From the NCBI RefSeq assembly GCF_018977255.1, contig NW_024704743.1:4404001-4468000 (forward strand): DNA of 64,000 nt, in the 5' to 3' direction. Positions 13,249 to 24,317 of the stretch are shown here, piece by piece. Positions within the stretch are counted from its first letter, which is position 1, and each line of letters starts with the position of its first letter. Made by a program: the position numbers and the translations under genes. This DNA comes from Callorhinchus milii. Its lineage: Eukaryota. Under the pieces are notes generated by a model. It was not told the origin of the DNA, ran no database searches, and saw only the letters and a program-made list of their open reading frames with translations.

Positions 13249-13500
13249 GAACCACAGTAAATCCCACCTGCGGCCGACACTGCCGAACACAGACCGTGGG
13301 CCAGGCCTACTGGAGAGCCCCGCAATATTTAATTTTTCCGCTGATCGTCTGTTGAATGGCGTTCGAAGTCCACAAATGCGACCGGCAGGACCCAACAGGC
13401 CGCGGATCCATAATAACACAGGTTACAATAAGAGGGATCTTGGGACTGGAAGACCGGAGCAGATCAATCTTGATACATCATCCAGTATGGGCCGAGGAAA
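13249..13500 (+). CDS. LARP4B: LARP4B exon (NHSKSHLRPTLPNTDRGPGLLESPAIFNFSADRLLNGVRSPQ...SMGRG)
   Basis: ggttttAG| acceptor, GGAAA|GTtagt donor; matches ORF 13232..13522. Confidence 0.94.
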
Positions 13501-13554
13501 GTTAGTATGGATTTTTTTTTAAAAAAGTCTCTCTTTTAAGATAACGTAGCATAC

Positions 13555-14060
13555 ATAAGAAATTGCTTGGCCAAAAAAGACCAAGGTCCATCCCGTTCAT
13601 CTTCCACCATTCTGGCAGTCGCATGACATGTCGTGTCCCTATATATATATATAATATAACTATATATTGTAACCTGAGATTTTATTTCCTAACAGAAATC
13701 TATCTAATGTGTTCTTGAAAGAATCAACATTTTCTGCTTCTACCGTCTCCCTCGGGAGCCTGTTCCACACATTCACTACTCGCTCACTGAACTAGTGTTT
13801 CTACAGATTTGTTCTGAATTCTCTCCCCCCCCCCCACCCACCCACTTCAATTGCAGACCATGTCCCCTGGTTCTACTATTCAGTACAAGCAGCTTATCAT
13901 GGTCTACGTTATCTAGTCCTGTTAGAATCTTAGATTGTAATCCTGTTGTCCCTCAACCTGCTCCAGTGTGGACATACCCAGTTTACCTGATCGCTTCTCA
14001 TCGGCCAGTCCCTCCATCCCCTCAATCATTTTAGTTGCCGTCTGTATCCTCTCGATCACT
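13555..14060 (-). mobile_element. CR1 LINE 3' fragment
   Basis: Reverse CR1 features: ctgttccacacattcactactc, catcggccagtccctccatcccctcaatcattttagttgcc. Confidence 0.7.
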
Positions 14061-15031
14061 GCAATATCCTTTTTTGTATTGTTAATATTATCGATCATAA
14101 CGTCTCAAGTTGCGAAACCGCTACAATATAACCAGAAAATCAATCGTGTCGTAATTTACAAACCAAACATAAGTTGGAGTTTATTGCTTTCAGCGCGGGA
14201 AGCTGCTGGGCTGTGCGCGAGCTAGTCTTGCCAGAACACTTCAAACCGTTCTTGTGAGGCTGGCACATGCGCGCGCACACCGCCCGTTGCTTCCCATCCT
14301 CAGAGGTAAGGTTTTTTTTCATTGCGAAAACTGTTTAGATTTTTTTTTCAATTACGTCCCACTTCTATTGACCCATTAATTTCTTTCAATGTGGGCCACC
14401 TGCAAAGAATTTGTCCGCAGGAAAATATAAAACATCAGGTCATCCGCGAAAGGTCGGCCTGAAAATATACTGTAGTTGAATATTTAAAATAGAGGGTTAG
14501 CGCCTTTATAGTCGGCAAGGCAGTCGGTAAGATATTTAGTTAAAATTTAAATTCAATGCAAAACCCGAGCAAATCTCTTAAAATTCCTCTCTGTTTGCAA
14601 CACAATTATTTTCATTCAGTTGATGCACGTTTTCTTGCTATTCTGAAGTTGACTTCAGATTCGTAACTGTATTGTACCAATAGCAATTTTACGTTTTTAA
14701 TGCACCCGATTCTGAAATGGCCAATTTCAAAAATGTTTCCATCGTGATTTTGAACTAGAATTCTTTGAGAACAGATTTCAAAAGGCTTAGCCATTATCTT
14801 TGAAACTCAAGTTGATAGAATGCTAGATTTAAAGATGGACTGAACAATGGAGGTAATGCTGAATGAAAAAACATTTATATTTGTATAGCGCCTTTCACAT
14901 CGGTAGGACATCACAAGGCACTGAAATAGCAGAATGTTTTCGAGATTCCTTATGAACTAATATACAGATTGGAGTCCTAAGATTGTTTGAATGTCAATTA
15001 TTTTGGGTGATTAAACATTTTTGTGTTTCAG

Positions 15032-15077
15032 GAAGAATTTGTACGGTAATCGGAAGAAAAGGGAAGACAAGTTCATG
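15032..15077 (+). CDS. LARP4B: LARP4B exon (KNLYGNRKKREDKFM)
   Basis: gtttcAG| acceptor, ATG|GTgagg donor, 46 nt, phase 2/0; resembles recalled KNSFGYRKKREEKF. Confidence 0.92.
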
Positions 15078-16717
15078 GTGAGGAGGTTTAAGGCTTAAAT
15101 ATTCTCATTAAGGATGGAGAGTCAATGTGCAGAGATACTGATTCGGACCAGTATTACGTTCCTTAGCTTTCAGTTAGCTGATTAGTTGTGGTGGGGCAAA
15201 GAGGGGTTTATGATGACATGAAACATCTGCCGGTAGTTGATTTTCCAGGGGATTATGACCGTTTTCAGTTTATTTAAACAGAACAGTTTCTTATTCCACA
15301 CCCTGTTTCGCCCACAAAATATTGCAGTCAGTTCACTTTATAGTATATTCTGTGAAGTGCTTTGAGACGTCTCGAAGACATGATAAGGCGTTATAGCAAG
15401 TGCAAGATTATTATTATTATTTTCTAATACTTTACACAATTGGAACAATTAGTTTATAAAAAATGTTCACCTTAACCTTTCACTTATGATTGGTTTGATT
15501 TTAAATGCTCTCTTTCTTGAAATGTCCAACTTCACTCCTGCAGAGGCTTGGAGGTCTGAGAGGAGGCATGATGTGCTTGCTCCTGTTTGCTTCAACCCTT
15601 TTATTAATCCTTGCATTTGATGTTGCACCTTTCACAATGGGAGGGCATCTCAAAGTGCTTCACAGGCTATGTTGTGTAGCCTGTATTTTGTAGGCACGTT
15701 TGCAAAAGTTGGCAATTTACTCTGTGGAAAATTGTAAATCTAAACGTGTGCCACTGCCTTCCATTACCCCAATAGAAATCCAAATTGCCTAATTGAATAG
15801 TTGATTATAGTGCGGCACCTTTCAGCAAGTTCCAAGTGGCCTCATTTGCTATAATTGCAAAGAACAATGTGAAAAGCCTTTGTGACAGAACACAGCCCTG
15901 TTTGATTTCTTTTCCTTCTCTCCCTCTCTCTCTCCCTCCCTTCCCCCCCACTGGAAACTTAAGTATTTTGCCAAAACCTCCATCGCTAACACTTTGCCTT
16001 CCACGCCATCATGCAGTTACCATTTGATATTAATAAAAAAAAATATTCCTATTCCTTCCCATATTCTCTTCTACATTTACTTATCTAATTCCCCTATAAA
16101 TACCTCCTCCCCCATCATATTCCATCTTTCTGGGAGCACTCTAGGAACAAAAAAGCCTTCCTAACTTCTGCTATCATGCTCGCAAATTAATTATAAATCA
16201 CGTCCTCAAACAAAAATCTAATCTCTAAAATTTGATTTATTCACCAAACACCTCTCTTAATTCCTCCTTGTATTTGTAGACCCAGCCTACCTCCACTCAT
16301 CACCCAGTTATTCATTGCGTATTTTCACCATTCTTTGCATAATGTAATGAATTCTGAACTGTCTTGTTTATCTTCCCTCTTCTGAGCTCGAGTCCGAGCA
16401 GCAAAATCTCATTGTGGCAAGTATAAGTTGGCGTGATACTAAATTAGAAGGAGTTTATTTAAAATGTCAAACTGTTGATATTTCATGCAATTTATTTTAT
16501 GTGAAGATTTTGAGGCTGCAGCAGTTTGTAATTGGTATCACTAATGCTGCCTAGTAATTTGTTGTCATGCCATCTGGAAGGTTAGAATGAGCAGAAAATG
16601 TTTTGAAAGTATGTTCTCTGGTTACACAGTGCTCGAGTTTCAATCCGGTTAGTCTTGGCAGAGTTTCCCCCTGGGTATTTAATTGACCGTGTTTCAGTAA
16701 TCCATTGTCTTTTTCAG

Positions 16718-16897
16718 AGACCCCAGACACAGTCGCCTCCTCCACCGAAGCCTCCGTCTCCCAATTTTGAGCTGGGATTGTCCAACTTTCCTCCTCTGCC
16801 TGGAGCGGCAGGCAATCTCAAAACTGAGCAGATACTTGAGACCAGATTGTCCAACATAGTAAAAGGGATTTCGAAAGAAAAGACGCCAATTGTGCAG
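16718..16897 (+). CDS. LARP4B: LARP4B exon (RPQTQSPPPPKPPSPNFELGLSNFPPLPGAAGNLKTE...PIVQ)
   Basis: tttttcAG| acceptor, CAG|GTactg donor; within ORF 16655..16981. Confidence 0.94.
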
Positions 16898-17280
16898 GTA
16901 CTGTGGATGCTACTGGAATTCATTTGTCTTTTTAAGAGTAAGGATTTTGTTGAACTGATTCAAGACTGTTGCCTTCACTGATGAATCTTCAATATAAGCT
17001 TGCCTGTTTAAAAAGATGGGTTCATTTCAGGCTTACGGAGAAAAGAGCTGCACCTGAAAGCATGTTTGTGGTTTAACAATTTATGTCCTTGCTAGTTCAG
17101 GTTAAAAGTGATTTTCATCCAAGGATCTTTGAGGACGTCGCCTGGTTTCCACTTGCTGCTGCTCATACTAAGTGGTCACTGTAGATCTGGTATCTAAGGA
17201 CTCTGACATGTACTTATCCCCCAAAATTAGCAGCAAGTGTCGAGGTCACCTGATGACACTGAAGTTGGCCATTTTGTTTC

Positions 17281-17654
17281 TAATAATAAAATAATAATAA
17301 TCCTTGCATTTGTTGTAGCCTTATCACATTTTCGAGGCGTCTCACAAAGTGCTTCCAGAATATGCTGTAAAGTAAATTGACTGTATTTTGTGGGCGAAAC
17401 ACGGCAACCAATTGTGCACAGCAGCGTCCCACAAACAGTCGTGGATTGAGTGACCAATTTATTATATTTTTTTTGAAGGAATTATTACCCCAGAAAATTA
17501 ATCTGCCAATCGACTAACAACGGGGTGCCTACTTATTGCTGGGTAAACAGATACGTGGAGTGAGGAAACTTGCCCAATGTTTCGCCCTGCCCGGGAATCG
17601 AACCCGGGTCTCTCGCTTGCAAAGCGAGTGCTCTAACTGAGCTACAGGACTCCA
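17281..17654 (-). mobile_element. Full-length tRNA-derived SINE (family A)
   Basis: Reverse tRNA-like head (gtagctcag..agagcactcgc..tgcaagcgagagacccgggttcgattcccggg), conserved body, L2-like stem-loop tail and (att)n. Confidence 0.9.
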
Positions 17655-18189
17655 CGGTTGGCACTGGCTATATTTTTATGGACATGCACAGTGAATGACC
17701 GGAGATTGAGGCCATTAATAAGGGATTAATAATAATAATAATTAGGGAGCTGGTTGTGCTTTTGTGAACCCTCAACTATGATGAACTCTGCCGCAATCCC
17801 TCTGCCTTGCCTGTCTCAGATCACACCTGAAGACCGTCCTCTTTGACCGTACCTATGGTCACCTGCTTCCTCCCTGGTTCAGTTTGAAACTCTGCCCTCG
17901 TTATAATGAGGCCCCCTGTATAATGAATCAAATGGTTTCAACAGTTGTAGTTTTCTATTCTATAATGTGCACGCATAACAAAACTGATTCCTTGGGTTGG
18001 CTGTACTTAAATTTACGATCTTTGCTTTTAGAAGGAGAATTATTTAGAGGCTGCAGTGATTAAAGTAATACTGTATTTAAAGACATCAAAGTGAAACCCA
18101 AAACCCACCATGTTTCGATGGCAAGAAAATATATCAGCAAATCTATGCGTCTACAGATTAGAACACCACTGCTACCACCCATCCTAGCT

Positions 18190-18370
18190 TTAATAATAAT
18201 AATAATAATAATCCTTGCATTTGATATAGTGCTTTTCACGTCGGGAGGACGTCCCAAAGCGCTTCACAGAACACACTGTAAAGTGAATTGACTGTATATT
18301 TGTGGGTGAACGCGGCAGCCAATTGCGCACAGCAATGTCCCACAAACAGTCGTAGATTGAAAATGACCAA
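18190..18370 (-). mobile_element. 5'-truncated family A SINE carrying an L2-type tail loop
   Basis: SINE body (aattgcgcacagcaatgtcccacaaacagtcg) with tail ttttcacgtcgggaggacgtcccaaagcgc. Confidence 0.85.
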
Positions 18371-18609
18371 TTTATTATTTATACTTATTTATATTATTTA
18401 AGTATACAATTTATACTTGGAGAGCAGAGTCACTTGGGGGGAAAGTTTGATTTTGAGCAGGATGCAGAAGGAGCAAACTATTTCAGCGAGTCGCATGTTC
18501 TTTGATTCGTCAGGCTCTTTTACTCTTTTGTGGTTTGGGGAGAAGGAGAAAATGCCTGGACGGCTGCTGTAATCTTGAACACAGTGCTTTAAATCCCTTA
18601 CAAATCTGC

Positions 18610-18890
18610 TGACTTATTGGTGAACCACTGCTTGACGTGGAACTGAACTTAGTTGGATGTCTGCTAACTGGCCTCAGGGCTAGGAGAGGAAAACAGTCAG
18701 CCAGGGTTCCTGCTTCTGATGACTCTTCAGTCTCCCATGTTAGAAACTGTGCTCATGTGGGCTTGAGAGAACGGGTTTGGAGCTTTTTAATAATCCTCCA
18801 CGAAGTCGAAGCCTAACTTAACACTGTCCATGAAAGATGTCCATTTGGAAGAGATCCCGGAGGAAGAATAACTGTCCTGTGGAGAGGAGG
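18610..18890 (+). mobile_element. Ancient SINE relic (AmnSINE2-like, from recall)
   Basis: ggcctcagggctaggagaggaaaacagtcagccagggttcctgcttctgat...catgaaagatgtccatttgg; a related 3' piece lies near 61900-61960. Confidence 0.45.
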
Positions 18891-19106
18891 TGAAAAAATG
18901 GATCTGAAATGCAAATTGGGGAGGTGTGTTTCGGTGGGGAAAAAAAAGTTATAAATTAATTTGAAGTGCTCGCAAAAATAAAATGAAATGAATGTCTTGA
19001 CTTTGGCTGTGTACTTTTTTTGGGTGGCTGTGTACTTCTATTTTGATTTCTTTGTATTTGAACCTGTGTAAAATTAAGGTTACAGTATTGATCATTTTTG
19101 TTTTAG

Positions 19107-19237
19107 AATATAAATGTCGACGCAAGCACCAACACTGTACCTTCGGGAATACCACGAGAGCCATTACCATCACCGTCTCCTGCCGTACCAGCGACTTCTG
19201 AACGCTCTCCTTCACCGCCACGCTCTCCAGAAATCAA
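19107..19237 (+). CDS. LARP4B: LARP4B exon (NINVDASTNTVPSGIPREPLPSPSPAVPATSERSPSPPRSPEI)
   Basis: gttttAG| acceptor, ATCAA|GTcagt donor, phase 0/2. Confidence 0.9.
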
Positions 19238-19269
19238 GTCAGTGAAATAAATATTCTAATTTCTTCCAG

Positions 19270-19545
19270 TCATCGGTGTGAATTGCACAAAACAGTTTCA
19301 TTTTATGCACATCCTCGCTGTGTCATTAATGTCGGCAATAGTGTTAAAATAACACGCTTCAAGTGTGCTTGAAGTAATAAAGTATCGGATGTATTTAAGA
19401 GGAAACTCTTGATACATATACAAGGGAGAAAGGAATAGAGAGCTCTAGGAGGATTGAAGGTTCTTGTGGAGTATAAACCCCAACATGGATTAGTTGGGCA
19501 GAATGGCTTGTTTTGTGCCATGTCAGTCTATGTAATTCCATGCAG
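19270..19545 (+). mobile_element. CR1 3' end
   Basis: gatgtatttaagaggaaactcttgatacatatacaagggagaaaggaataga...gtggagtataaac...ggattagttgggcagaatggcttgtttt; same subfamily as 51195-51455. Confidence 0.7.
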
Positions 19546-21894
19546 CATAATTGCAGTCCAATATTTAAAAGGTAATTAGTGAAATATCAACCGATATTAT
19601 GGAGAGTGGGAAACGATTCGTAAATTCTTAAACTCCTGGTGTATGTTCTGTGAAGCGCTTTGAGACGCCTCAAAGACGTGATACGATGTGATACCAAATG
19701 CAAGGATTGTTACTATTACACATGGAGAACACTGGCCGGGGTTCCTGCTCCAGCTTTGAAATGCACCAGGAGTGTGCCGAATTTTTGAAAATATAGATTT
19801 GAGAGCAACTCGATCCGCTTTAGGTGCAAAGCTTTCTGACAGCCCTGGAATTTAAACCCGCAAGGTTTTGTAATAATCATACGTAAGGTGCACTGAACGG
19901 AGGACCTGAATGCCTAAAACTATGAATCCTGCAATTTGTTGGAGATTTGAGCCTTGCCATTAGGTCTTTATCTCTTTTAGAAATGAACGGCAAATGTTTT
20001 ATTCTTTCCAGACTGCTTTCTTTATATTGTGAAGTTGTATTTTCCTTATTCTAATGGATCACAATTCCAGCAGATGGCATCTGTTCCCAATGTTTTCGTT
20101 GTCTGTTTGGTTCTGTGAAGCGCTTTGAGACATCCTTGTAACGTGAAATTGACTGCATCATTATTTGTCTCTAAGGAGCAGTGAGATTTGACTGAAGTAC
20201 CTGTGGGTTCATATGGTGCAAAGTTTTCAATTTTGATAATGTGTAAATTCTGCGCTCAATTCACTGAGTAAATTGGTACCATTGAAAATTGTGAAGCATC
20301 AATTCCACTACCAAGTTTTTTTTTTGTTGAAAATAACTTTCCAATTGGGCTCTGTGATAATGTGGTGGTTTGATCCATAAAATCAGACCCATAAAATACT
20401 GGGCTGTGTTGCAGAGCGGTTGCCAATCGACACTTACGGAAAGTCACTGCCAACATCATAATAATAATAATCCTTGGATTTGATATAGCGCCTCATCATG
20501 TCTTCGAGATGTTTCAAAGCGCTTCACAGAATATACTGTAAAGTGAATTGACTGTTATATTTTGTGGGTGAAACACAACAGCCAATTGTGTACAACAGTG
20601 TCCCACAAACAGTCGTGGATTGAAGTGACCTTGAAAACTGCTCTTTGACAAACTGCACCAATGCTATATACACCAACAAAATCACATTTGTGTAGCGCCT
20701 TTCACGTTGGGAGGACGTCCCAAGGCGTTGGAAATGCACAATGTACTGAAGTACAGTGTAATGGGGCCCAACTTTTCATGAAGTATAGCCACTGAAAAGC
20801 TAAATGTTGTGGTTTAATTGGATCAAACTTTGAGAGATGCATTTACTTGAAAGAATAGTTATTGAAGTTATTGACTTATAAAGTTATTGACTTATAAAAT
20901 GGCACCTTCAAAAAAATTACAGATTCATTCAGATCAGTTATGGTATTGCACTTAAATTGACATTCAATATCCAAGTTAAAACAGCTTACTCTCAAATGGT
21001 TGGACTTACTCCAAAGTATTTTGCGAATGTAGAAGCGATCCTGTTAACAACAAAATTATCCCCATTTATATAATGGGTCTGTGGGAAATAAAGGTCACAC
21101 TGATCCTGCTTCTGGTTATCAGGTTTCCACTGCCGACTAACCAGCTTGCTGTGCAGTGCGAATAAGCCAACTTGCACTCTACTGCAAGACATACAGTCAA
21201 TTCACTTTACAGTATATCCTGTGAAGCGCTTCGAGACGCGTCAAAGACATGATGAGGCGCTGTATCAACTTCGTTTGATATCGTGCCTTATCGTACATGC
21301 GTATTTTATGGGTGAAATGCGCCAGCCAGTTGCGCACGGAGCTGTCCCAGAAGCAGTCGTGGATTGAGTGACCACATTTATTTTAAATCTTTATTTTTTT
21401 TGGAAAGGATTATTATCAGAAGGGATTATCGCTGTCGCGTTGGAATTGCAGATGTGTTGGTCTCATTGGCCAAAGTTAACCCTACCTCCACCCAAACAAA
21501 TCTTTTGATGCCATCTTTTGTCTTGTGCCTCTTTAGATTGTGTACACACTGCTAATTACCGTCAAGTTTTTAGCTCAGCATAAAAACTATTTGTCACAAT
21601 GCTGTGTGTAAGTTTGTTCTTCAAAACTGTGGGAGAAAAATGGCATTGGAAGCCTAACACAGTGAAATAAGGTGGTGGAAAGGATGCTCCAATTCTCCTG
21701 ACACCAAGAAAAAATATTTTGGAAACGCAACCGGGTTTTTAGTGGACGTGTGTTCGTGGCTCGTCTGCCAATAATTTAAATTAAACATTAAATTGCTTCT
21801 TGCTGTTGGAAGCCACCAGTAATGTCTGGAAAAATACAAACGGGAAAATGACTTGTGCAAGTCAGGTCAGGGAAGAGCTGTGCTTCTAAGGGAT

Positions 21895-22010
21895 AATAAT
21901 AAAATAAACGAATAAAAAATAATAGATAAATAAATAAATAATAAAACCAATAGGAAGAAAGAATAAATAATTCTAAAGAATAATAATAATAAATAATAAT
22001 AATATTATTA
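21895..22010. repeat. AT-rich low-complexity (aat/aaat)n tract
   Basis: Directly visible. Confidence 0.8.
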
Positions 22011-22104
22011 TGCTTGTAAGCTCGATGCATCAACTTGAGATTTAATTATTATGAAATAGAAAGTTCATGAAGCGTTTCAGTGTTGTGTAAGCAATTGCCT
22101 GATG

Positions 22105-22485
22105 TGGAGTCCTGTAGCTCAGTGGTCAGAGCACTCCCTCGCAAGCGAGAGACCTGGCTTCTATTCCCGGGCAGGGCAAAATATTGGGCAAGTTTCCTTA
22201 TACCACATTCCCCTGTTTACCTCACAGTAAGCAGGAACCTGGTTGTTAGTCGATTAGCGGATCGCTTTTTTCCAGGGATAGTAATTCCTTCCCAAAAAAA
22301 ACAATAATAAATTGGTCACTTCAGTCCACGACTGTTTGTGGGACACTGCTGTGCGCAATTGGCTGCCTCGTTTCACCCTGAAGTGTACAATCATTTCACT
22401 TTACAGTATATTCTGTGAAGAGGCTTTGAGACGTCTTGAAGGCATGAAAAGCACTGTATCAAATGCAAGGATAATTATTATTTTT
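22105..22485 (+). mobile_element. Full-length family A SINE
   Basis: tggagtcctgtagctcagtggtcagagc (A box) ... ttgggcaagtttcctta ... gctgtgcgcaattggctgcc ... gctttgagacgtcttgaa ... aatgcaaggataattatt. Confidence 0.9.
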
Positions 22486-22961
22486 GTATTCGTTGTTTAG
22501 CAATTACAGGATCACAATGGGAAAAAAACTTCTACTGCTTTTGCATTTTCATGATTGCTTCCTGAGGCGAGCCTGCCTCATGTAAACTGGCTAGATTTTC
22601 CGTCACCAAATTTTGGGGACTAAGTTGCTTTGAGTTGCATCTCTGAGTTGCGTATCCCCTTGGATCTGCGCAGTAGCGATCCAATTACGTAATGAAAAGC
22701 ATTTGTACAGAAGTGCCAAGATTCAACGATTGGGGCACAAGCGAACATATGACATTGCTATAAGCATTGCAGAACCGTCGAGAAGATGAATAAATGGGTT
22801 TCAGTTTATAGGGATCAAATATGGCTCCTGCTGGATTGGATAAGCAGAAGCTCCTTTGGTGTTAAAAGCTAATTTTAGGAAACTTACGTGATGTAAGGTT
22901 ACACTTGTGGCTTTGTGCACAGCGAATGTAGAAATTAATCAGATCGAACTTTGCTCTGCAG

Positions 22962-23073
22962 TGAAGTTAAGAGCCAAGAAACCAAGCAAAGAGAAACACA
23001 GACTCCTTCGGAAAGACTGACTACGCCTCTAACCACAGCAAGTAAATCTGTGCAAGTGAATGGAGCGGCCACG
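22962..23073 (+). CDS. LARP4B: LARP4B exon (EVKSQETKQRETQTPSERLTTPLTTASKSVQVNGAAT)
   Basis: ctctgcAG| acceptor, ACG|GTaagt donor; conserved KSVQVNGAAT. Confidence 0.94.
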
Positions 23074-24020
23074 GTAAGTGTATTGCGGGGGGGAGAAGGA
23101 GGCAGTTTTGTATGAAATCATTGAAACGATCTTGAAGATGGAGGAATGGCAGTTTCTTTAACCTGAAGCAAAATAAATGCATTTTTCCCACTCTAACTGA
23201 AACTGTACCAGTTGCTAGAGTTCTGTTACCACGTTTCAACCTCGCAACAGAATCGCCCTCAGTGTAAAGTTTTGGTGGTCTTGTGTGTAATACCTCTTGT
23301 AATCTTATCGCACTGAGGCTTGCTCTGCTCTGCCAGTACCTCTTTGGTAGTTGGATTATCTATGTGTGTTGTATTGCATTTACCATAGTTTGACTGATTA
23401 AACTGGGGAACGCACATTCAAACACATTCAGAGACCCGATTATCCACACTGTTTGGACCGTTTGTCATTGCGAAATAGCAAATCAGTGTAGATAATTGAA
23501 TGTCGTACGAAAAACAGATTGGATGTTTTGCTAAATAAGAAAGGTTTTACGACGTTAAACAGTCATGAAGGTGTGCTGCTTCTCTGCCTCTCAATTATTC
23601 TCAGTGTATTTATCTCTACCTTTCTGACTTTAATCTTACAAAAATGCTCCCGGATAAAGAACTACCTTTGTGCAACGGGCAAAAAGAATTGAATTGTGCA
23701 TGTGAGCAAAGTTGCGCTGTTATTGGAAACTGCACAACTAGATTGTATTCCTTGTAACCTTGAGTATGTGTGGACAGCTGCATCTTTTTCCCAGTATCTT
23801 GCAGCTCAGCATTTACTTCCCCAGTGGAGCCCAGTGTGAAAAAAGCAGAATTGCAAAATAGTTCTGCGGAGAACCAACATTTAATTGTAAATGCAACATG
23901 CCAGCGCAGGGCTCACTCATCAATCCAAACGGATTCAAATGGCACCAAAACTGCTGTATAATTGCAAACTATTTTCCTTGGCATTGATTTCGTTTTCTAT
24001 CTGAATGTCCGTCTCCACAG

Positions 24021-24317
24021 GAGCTCCGAAAACCCAGTTATGCAGAGATTTGCCAGAGAAGTGCAAAAGAATCTCCTACACTACAGCCCCCGAAGGAGCA
24101 GAAGCCTAACACTGCAGCGGTCAACAAAGACGACAAAAAAGCTCCTGAAAATCCAGGAGAGAAAGCCGAGGCGAAAAATAAAGAGCCACCCACTGGAAAG
24201 GGAAACCCAGGGAAGCCTCGAGACCAGCGAAGACAATCGGGGCGTAGAACACCCCCTCAGGGCACCAACAAGCGGATAAATAAAGAGCAACACACTCCCC
24301 CAAAGTCACCCAATTGA
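24021..24317 (+). CDS. LARP4B: LARP4B last coding exon (ELRKPSYAEICQR...EQHTPPKSPN*)
   Basis: ctccacAG| acceptor; 98 codons then TGA at 24315-24317. Confidence 0.95.
   Translation, partial: ELRKPSYAEICQRSAKESPTLQPPKEQKPNTAAVNKDDKKAPENPGEKAEAKNKEPPTGKGNPGKPRDQRRQSGRRTPPQGTNKRINKEQHTPPKSPN

Larger units (their letters stand above)
208..24317 (+). other. LARP4B: LARP4B (La-related protein 4B) gene, 5'-partial, 14 coding exons in window
   Basis: The spliced translation gives La motif [65 protein letters not shown]...[41 protein letters not shown], and C-terminal FELGLSNFPPLPGAAG, KSVQVNGAATELRKPSYAEICQR, TPPKSPN*. Residues such as [12 protein letters not shown] and PNQNRC match recalled LARP4B rather than LARP4. 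The exons sum to 2000 nt with consistent phases. Confidence 0.95.

Noticed and set aside
14194..14305. SECIS or selenocysteine readthrough for the TGA-containing hairpin
   Set aside because: No AUGA/GA non-Watson-Crick quartet at the correct spacing, and the element is intronic rather than in the 3' UTR.
17893..18000. Possible Tc1/Tigger MITE end (ctcgttataatgag)
   Set aside because: Too short and degenerate; no matching second terminus found.
20071..20083. Inverted double E-box CAGATGgCATCTG
   Set aside because: A 13-nt palindrome with no other supporting context.
20865..20896. Tandem 16-mer aagttattgacttata x2 (similar short duplications near 42225 and 45815)
   Set aside because: Ordinary slippage duplications with no further structure.
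22105..22180. tRNA-Ala gene
   Set aside because: It is the tRNA-derived head of a SINE: the acceptor stem does not pair, it runs straight into the SINE body, and it recurs in many diverged copies.
23962..24279. 105-aa ORF as a separate gene
   Set aside because: It is an alternative frame over the last LARP4B exon.
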